DNA of 48,192 nucleotides from positions 1 to 48,192 of the forward strand of contig JAICJP010000001.1 in assembly GCA_025928375.1 (NCBI GenBank). The letters are read 5' to 3'. Origin of the DNA: Candidatus Sulfotelmatobacter sp. (GTDB lineage: Bacteria > Acidobacteriota > Terriglobia > Terriglobales > Acidobacteriaceae). Numbering within the stretch: position 1 is the first letter of the stretch; each line of letters starts with the position of its first letter. Below the pieces are notes generated by a model. It saw only the letters and a program-made list of their open reading frames with translations. It ran no database searches and was not told the origin of the DNA. Positions 41,756-48,192 of the stretch are shown here, in pieces. The position numbers and the translations under genes are program-made.

Positions 41756-42727
41756 TCACTTGCGTTCTCTCAGAATCTCCTCGATACGAGATTTCGGAAA
41801 AGGCAGATGGTCTTCATTCTGCTTCAGCCACAGGAAATAATCCTGCTCGATAGGATCAGTCCAGCGGGCATCAATCTGTCCGGCGGTGTATTTGTCTTCT
41901 TGCAGCCGTTGGTGTCCAAAAAGATCACGGAGGTGAGTTTCTTCTGAGGACTTAACTACCTGTTCAGCGAGTTGCGGCGGAATGAAGATAACCCCACCGT
42001 TTCGTCCTAGCACCACGTCACCCGGCATGACCATCACGTGGCCGATCCTCGTCGGAGCATTGATACCGACCATGGTTGAGTTGAGCAGCTTGCCCGTCTT
42101 CAGGGATCCATAATGATGCGACGGATCGTAATAGCGAACAAAGGCAACGAAATTAGGCAATTCATCGAGACCGTTGATGTCGCGCACCGCGCCATCGTAA
42201 ACAATACCGTTGCCTGACTTGGCGTAGATCGCATTCCCGACATTGTCACCTATAGAAGGTCCACCCTCTTTCAGCCCGAAGTGGTCGCAGGTGTAGACGT
42301 CGCGCTTTTGCAGCATGTCAACTGGCCAGGCATTCATCCCGCCGATCCTATGCATCTTCTCGCCTTCTTCTTCAATCAACTTTTGTACGTCGGGCCGGCC
42401 GGGCATCCACGTTGCCGTAAGCGCTCGACCAACCAGCACTTTGCCCTCGTGAATGGTCAGCCAACCATCCTCGTACTGGTGCATGAAGCCGTTTTGCTGA
42501 AGCACCGCCCAGGCTTCTTCGAGTGTTACTGGCTTCATGCGATCCAGAATGTCGTCCGGTACTTTGGGACGGCCATCCGGAAAGCGTTCCCCATGCCAAT
42601 CCGGCGTGTACTTAAGTACATCCCCAGAAGTAAAGAACCCCTGTTGTGCGGGCGCAGTGGGCACAATCGCCGCGATAAGCACCAGATACAGAGTTGCGCA
42701 GGAAATTCGACTCAGTTCTCTCGTCAT
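41756..42727 (-). CDS. RraA-family protein (HMG/CHA-aldolase-like) with signal peptide
   Basis: ATG 42727. Signal is ISCATLYLVLIAAIVPTAPAQQ. The RraA-type core includes GDNVGNAI...GAVRD...GDVVLGRNGGVIFIP. Confidence 0.7.
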   Translation of the reverse strand: MTRELSRISCATLYLVLIAAIVPTAPAQQGFFTSGDVLKYTPDWHGERFPDGRPKVPDDILDRMKPVTLEEAWAVLQQNGFMHQYEDGWLTIHEGKVLVGRALTATWMPGRPDVQKLIEEEGEKMHRIGGMNAWPVDMLQKRDVYTCDHFGLKEGGPSIGDNVGNAIYAKSGNGIVYDGAVRDINGLDELPNFVAFVRYYDPSHHYGSLKTGKLLNSTMVGINAPTRIGHVMVMPGDVVLGRNGGVIFIPPQLAEQVVKSSEETHLRDLFGHQRLQEDKYTAGQIDARWTDPIEQDYFLWLKQNEDHLPFPKSRIEEILRERK

Positions 42728-42753
42728 GACCGCGTTCGCTCCAGTTTGTCTTC

Positions 42754-44019
42754 TCAAGCTTTGGTTGGCTCAAACCACGTCGTTCCCGGGATCTGGGACT
42801 TTTGCGCCACTTCTTCGTTCATCTCAAGCCCAATGCCCGGCTTGTCAGTGACAGTGACGTATCCCTTCTGGATGATCTCTCCTTCCTTCACCCAGTTCTT
42901 CCAAAGCTCGGGAAAGTTGATCCAGTGCCATTCGCAGACCAGGAAATTAGGAATAGAGGCGCAGACGTGTGCCGTGGACATCATGCCGATGGGCGATACG
43001 ACGCAATGGGGCGCAACCGGCACATAATATGTTTGTGCCAGATTGGCGATTTTTCGTCCTTCAGAGAGTCCGCCGGTCTTTTGAATGTCTGGCTGGATGA
43101 TATCTACCGCGCCCTTATCCAGTAGCTCGCGATACCCCCAGCGCATGTACAAGTTCTCCCCGGTAGCAATCGGCGTTGACGTCGAATGGCGAATATCCGC
43201 CATGGCATCAATGTCTTCAGGCGCAACAGGTTCTTCCAGCCAGAGCAGACGGAACGGTTCAAGTTCCTTTGCCACCCGCTTCGCCGTCCCAGCATCGTAC
43301 CGGCCATGCATGTCGCAGCAGAGTTCCATTTCCTTGGGTATGGAGTCCCGCACGTGCCTCACCCAGTTCACCATGCGGTCTACCTCGGCGTTATTGGCCG
43401 TCCAGTTTACTCGATCGAAACGGTTCGGATCGCTGGCATCATCGAGGTCGATCTTCATGGCTGTAAAGCCTTGGTTCTTAATCCAGGGAAGCTTCCGGTC
43501 AGACTCCGGGCCTAGTGGATCTTCCATGTCGGAGTCGCAATAGATACGTATTTTGTCGCGGAACTTCCCACCCAATAGTTGATAGACGGGTAGGCCCAGA
43601 GCCTTGCCTGCTAAGTCCCACAAAGCGATTTCAAGACCCGTCAATGCCGTCACATATTGCCCGCCCTGCGCACCCGCGAAGATTCCCGAGACCCGGATCC
43701 TCTCCCACAGGGCATCCACATTCAGGGGGTCCTGTCCAACCAAAAAACGACGGAACTGGTTAATCAGCGATACGGTTCCGACTGCCGCATCGGTTGATTC
43801 GCCCTGCCCGTACAACCCCTGATCGGTATAAACACGGATATGCGTTTGAAGTCCATGCACACGGACCACAGCCGTACGTACGTCAGTAATCTTCAGTTTG
43901 GGACGCTGATACGGAGTGCTTGCATCCTGGACTGCCGCAGCCAAAGTGGGGAGTGCAAAAGTACCGGCAATTGGCAACGCTGCGTTCTTGAGCATCTTCC
44001 TGCGCGTGAGTAGACTCAT
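42754..44019 (-). CDS. Enolase-superfamily (mandelate racemase/muconate lactonizing enzyme family) sugar-acid dehydratase with Tat-like signal
   Basis: N-terminal LTRRKMLKNAALPIAGTFALPTLAAA. Family segments are EIALWDLAGKALGLPVYQLLGG, CCDMHGRY, LWLEEP and ATGENL. Confidence 0.85.
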   Translation of the reverse strand: MSLLTRRKMLKNAALPIAGTFALPTLAAAVQDASTPYQRPKLKITDVRTAVVRVHGLQTHIRVYTDQGLYGQGESTDAAVGTVSLINQFRRFLVGQDPLNVDALWERIRVSGIFAGAQGGQYVTALTGLEIALWDLAGKALGLPVYQLLGGKFRDKIRIYCDSDMEDPLGPESDRKLPWIKNQGFTAMKIDLDDASDPNRFDRVNWTANNAEVDRMVNWVRHVRDSIPKEMELCCDMHGRYDAGTAKRVAKELEPFRLLWLEEPVAPEDIDAMADIRHSTSTPIATGENLYMRWGYRELLDKGAVDIIQPDIQKTGGLSEGRKIANLAQTYYVPVAPHCVVSPIGMMSTAHVCASIPNFLVCEWHWINFPELWKNWVKEGEIIQKGYVTVTDKPGIGLEMNEEVAQKSQIPGTTWFEPTKA

Positions 44020-44067
44020 TCGGCCATCCTCTTGTTCCTTTATTTGTTCATTGCAAATCGTTTGGAT

Positions 44068-45320
44068 CTACCCGTCTTGCGTTGGCGCGGCCTTGAGTTG
44101 TTGGTTCGGATTCACCATCAGCCAGGCAACCGCGCTCAGAAAACACAAACCAGCTGCCACCCAAAACGACATGTCCCATCCAAAATGCTCGGCTACAAAG
44201 GGCGTCAAGCTCGCAGTAGTGGCGCCCCCGAACTGGCCGCCCATGTTCATCAGTCCGGAAACCGATCCGGCCGAGCGGCCACCGATATCGGAACTCACCG
44301 ACCAGAATGCGCTCTGCGCAAGGCATAAAGCGCCTGCGCCGCCCGCAAGCACAACGCTGGCCAGTCGCGCATCTCCCACATGAGTCCCCAGTCCGACAAA
44401 CACCGCAGCGACGAGCGTAGCAGCACTGGCTGAATAGCAACGTCCGATGCGCTTGCCATACTTCAGCGTCAACCCATCGCTAATCAGGCCACCGAGCGAT
44501 GAGCAGATGGCGATGGCCGCAAAGGACAGCATGGCATACCCGGCGCTCGCCTTCAGATTGAGGCCACGGACCATGTTCAGATAGGTATAGAACCAGGTAA
44601 AGAAGATGTAAGCGACGTACACGAAACCAAAGTAGCTGGCAGTGACGACCCAGACATCCTTGCAGCCAAGGATGGTCCTCCAGGGCATCAACTGGCTTTC
44701 CGCGCTCTTGGTTGCGTCTGGCAAGCCAGACGAAATAAGGGAAACTTCTGCCGGACTCACCCACGGATGATGTTCCGGTTCATCGCGCGCCATCAAGAAC
44801 CAGAGCACACCAATTAGCAGCCCAATGAATGCGCAAGTCCAGAGCGACAAGCGCCAGCCGTAGTAGTAAATGATGTATGCAATCAATGGCGGCGTGACTG
44901 CCGCTCGCGTTCTTGTGAAGGGATCCACGCTGCCACCAGACGGTTGCCGGCCGGATAGACGATGGATTCCCCCACCCCCAGTAAGAAGCGAACCACCACC
45001 AGGATGGAAAGTGATCCCGCCACATTGGCTGGCGCCAGCGCCGTGAGTGCGGTGAATACTGCCCACCACGTCGTTCCCAGCAGTAAAATCTTTCTCGGCC
45101 CAAAGCGGTCCGCCAGACGCCCACTTGGCGCCTGAAAAAGCGCGTATCCTAGCACCCATGCACTGAAAACCCAGCCCAGGCGAATGTGATCCAGATGAAA
45201 CTCGCGCTCAATCGAAGGGCCGGCGATCGAGATGTTTACACGATCCAGATAAGAGACCGCGCTGATCACCAACACCAAGCCGACGAGAACCCATCGGACG
45301 TTCCTGCGAATCATGTTCAT
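44068..45320 (-). pseudogene. MFS transporter (ACS/DgoT-like sugar-acid transporter) interrupted by a frameshift near 44914
   Basis: The N-terminal part is in the frame of ORF 44883-45446 (YLDRVNISIAGP...GRLADRFGPRK...AAWIPSQER). The rest is in the frame of ORF 44068-45159 (AAVTPPLIAYIIYYYGWR...). The two parts join as one typical MFS protein only after a 1-nt correction. Confidence 0.7.
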
Positions 45321-45557
45321 GATTGAAGGCGCAGCATCGCAAACCGTGAGGCTGCGACTCGACCTTGCCCGCCGTTGTCGCATGCGGTTCGCACGGATTG
45401 ACAACGTCCTCGGCGATACGGCATGGGGCAAAGGATAACGCATCAATTAGCGGTTTCGCAGAGTGAAACTGAGAGTCCGAAGGGTCCTAAGACCGGAAAT
45501 GCATTGATCATTGCTCCCTTCCGCTCGAAGCTGCTTGATCAGCCCGCCAAGACCAAT

Positions 45558-45826
45558 GAGTGACATGCAGTTTTGCAACGCCCAGGTGCGTGCCGTTAAG
45601 GCTAAAAACCGACCGATTGGGAACCAGTTTGTCGGCCGCCGAAGGAAGAATTTCCAGACTCAGGTCGTCGCGCCCGCTTCTGGAGCGCCGAACAAAAAGC
45701 GACACCGGAGGTCGTGCCGATTGCGGTTCACGGCTTGCAGGTTCGCAGTTCAGTCTAGGCCGGACTCGGAGCAGCGGACAACGCGTCACTCCCGGGCCAG
45801 GTGAGTAGGGGTTCAGTTCACTGCGC
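45558..45826 (+). repeat. Copy C of the about 265-nt repeated non-coding element
   Basis: See copy B. The terminal pairing GAGTGAC (45558-45564) / GTCACTC (45785-45791) is perfect in this copy. Confidence 0.65.
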
Positions 45827-46281
45827 CATCACACGAACTGCACGTTGCTAATCGTCATCTCGCACTGTCGTTTTGTGACATCCTGGACCAATCGATTTCA
45901 CGAAGCAAGCTTCGACGTTGCACTTCTTACGACAGCGGCACTCATTCCTAAGAAAATGCATAAGTAGATTGACGAAGATTGGATCGAGCTCTCGCGTCGG
46001 GTTCAATTGCACCACTTCCGCGGTAACACATTGCCAGGCGCCAAGCCGGAAGCTTTATCATGCGAAGTCTTGATAGCCGCGTATCAGAATGCGTACGCGC
46101 TGTTCAGGAACGAACACTTCGATCCGAAAACGAACGTGTTCAGGCGGTTTGCGTACGCGTCTGCCATTGGAATGTTACATTTGCGCGGCGCAGCCTTGGT
46201 AAGCGATTTGCACGCTCAAATAGGTTCATCTCTGGCGTCTGGGAAACGCCCGCAAAAATTAAAAGCCTTTCAGGAGACTTC

Positions 46282-48192
46282 ATGGAGTCGCTTATTAGCC
46301 AACTCAAGCAGGTCTTCCGGCGACTTGGCCGCGCGCCACTTTTCGATGTCGGTCTCTATGCCTTCTTGTCGTTTCACATCACGGGCGGCGCTCAGCCGGA
46401 GCCGGTCCAGGGATTGCAAGTGACAGATGGCACATTGCCCATTCTCGGTGTTCGTCCTGCCCTCGGGCGCCTATTCACTAGGCGGGATGACTCGCCCGAG
46501 ACGCCGCAGACCGTCATTCTTACTTACGCTTTCTGGCAACGGCATTTTGGGTGGCGATGCTGCGGTGGTCGGCCGCACTCTGAAGTTAGATGGGGCGATG
46601 CACGAAATTATCGGCATTCTGCCGGCCGAGTTCGTGTTCATGGATCGTTCCGATGTGGATGTTGTCGTGCCAAGGCAAATTGACCGCACCAAAACGACAC
46701 TCGGCAGCTTCAGTGCCAACGGCTTGGCACGCCTGAAACCGGGAGTTACTTTGCAGCAAGCCACGGCCGATTTGACCCGCCTGGTTCCGATTGCTACGCA
46801 CAATTTTCCCCCGCCAAAAGACTTCAGCATAGCGCTGTTTGAACAAGCAAATTTCACTCCCACTCTTTAGCCGCTGAAGATTGATGTCATCGGCGACATC
46901 GGCAATGTGCTTTGGGTATTGATGGGATGCATCGCTATCGTTCTCTTGGTAGCGTGTGCGAACGTAGCTAACCTGCTGCTGGTGCGCATCGAAGGCCGCC
47001 GTCAGGAACTTGCCATTCGCGCGGCTTTGGGAGCGGATCGTAAACATATGGTCGCGGGACTGCTGCTGGAAAGTTTGATGTTGGGATGCGCGGGCAGCGC
47101 CATCGGGCTGGGCCTCGCGTACGGCGCTCTAAATTTGATTGTTGCTGCCGCGCCTACGGGATTGCCGCGCCTGCATGAGATCGGCATTGATATACCTGGG
47201 CTTCTTTTTACGGCAGGCCTGGCAGTATTCGTCAGCCTTGTCATCGGTATGATTCCGGTTCTGAAACACTCAGGTATCAAAGCCAAAACCGGTTTGCGTG
47301 AAGGCGGGCGCGGCCTCAGTCAAAGCCGAGAGCGGCATCGCACACGCAAAACGCTGGTTGTGGTCCAGGTTGCGCTGACACTGGTCTTGTTGATTTGCTC
47401 AGGGCTGATGATTCGCACCTTCCGCGCACTCACCCGCGTTTCCCCAGGATTCAGCGATCCGAATACCATCGCATCGTTCGACATCTTTATTCCCACGTCG
47501 CAGGTTCCTGACACAAGCCGGATCGATGTTTTGCGCATGCAGCAGGCCATCTTGAACCAACTCGCCGCTGTCCCCGGAGTGAGTTCAGTTGCCATTTCAT
47601 CAAGCCTGCCGATGATCCAGGACCATCCTCTTGATCCTATTTATGCCAGCGACCGCACTTATAAAGAACGCGAGCTTCCACCCTTGAGCATGGAAAAGTT
47701 CGTATCGCCGGGTTTCTTTAAGACCATGGGCATCCCGTTGATCGCGGGACGAGACATGACCTGGCAGGAAGAGCTTGAGAAACGTCCAGTCGTCATTGTC
47801 TCGGAAAATCTTGCTCGCAAGTACTGGGGCTCGTCGGCCGCTGCTATCGGGAAACTGGTACACGTCGGCTTGAACGATTTCTGGCACGAAGTCATTGGGG
47901 TGGCTGGTGATGTGTACGATAACGGCGTAAATCAGGATCCGCCCACTGCGGTTTATTGGGGGCTGTTCCAAGACAATTTCGCCACGCAAAAAGAACTCGT
48001 GCGCCGGTATGTACACTATGTAATTCGCACGCCGCGCGCCGGGTCTGCGTCATTCTTCAGCGATAGCGAACGTGCAGTGTGGTCAGTGAATCATGATCTG
48101 CCGCTTGCCTATAACAAGACGATCGGTGGGCTGTACACCAAATCGATGGCGCGAACTTCGTTCACTCTGGTTCTGCTGTCGGTTGCAGGCGC
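46282..48192 (+). pseudogene. ADOP/MacB-like (FtsX-domain) permease with multiple lesions; 3' end outside window
   Basis: AGGAG precedes ATG 46282 (MESLISQLKQVFRRLGRAP). TM1 appears deleted, there is a +1 shift in the GGG run near 46550, and an in-frame TAG at 46868-46870. The frame then stays open to the window end, encoding MacB_PCD/FtsX-type sequence (CANVANLLLVRIEGRRQELAIRAALGA). Confidence 0.65.

Noticed and set aside
45558-45826. Tandem glycine riboswitch call, based on CCGCCGAAGGAAG, CUUCUGGAGCG, ACACCGGAGG and CUCGGAGCAGCGGAC. A ykkC-like reading was also considered (CUAGG..., CCCGGG).
   Set aside because: Only fragments of the conserved cores are present. The CUCAGGCAAAAGGAC-type segment is missing from the first half. 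Copy B has lost GGAGG in the second half. No glycine-cleavage or guanidine-related genes follow on either strand. This needs a covariance-model search, so it is not called.

Overview
The window reads as a roughly 58-60% GC chromosomal segment from an Acidobacteriota (Terriglobia-like) genome. That call is inferred from gene content, for example an ADOP/MacB-type orphan permease and many Tat- or Sec-signal-bearing enzymes.

nt 1-29,000 is ordinary core genome. It carries a malic-enzyme C-terminus, an aminotransferase, Nramp, Nudix plus GAF/fRMsr, a BtuF-like binding protein, and a phospholipase C/acid phosphatase. It also carries an IscU-like protein, HAD, MocA plus XdhC, an MDR oxidoreductase, an orphan nuoB, a transglutaminase-like protein, recO, glyQS and ppdK. 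A KaiC-like ATPase is translationally coupled to a pseudo-receiver histidine kinase.

A tRNA-Glu(UUC) at 29188-29265 marks the start of an accessory region. It begins with a tyrosine integrase and an excisionase-like HTH protein. A tightly coupled four-gene operon follows: MoxR-type AAA+ ATPase, lytic transglycosylase, VirB9/TraN-like and VirB10/TrbI-like. No other type IV secretion components are present.

From about 34.9 kb to the window end the DNA looks decayed. It contains a chimeric ORF, a methyltransferase wreck, a tRNA-Ser-like 3' scar, a frameshifted MFS transporter, and an ADOP permease with three lesions. Within this stretch are intact genes for an M28-like peptidase and for a three-enzyme sugar-acid pathway whose enzymes all carry export signals.

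The most unexplained signal is a roughly 265-nt non-coding element. It has two near-full copies (39402-39665 and 45558-45826) and one partial core copy (38421-38470). I could not assign it to a known RNA or IS family by eye. No CRISPR array, rRNA or intact transposase was seen.
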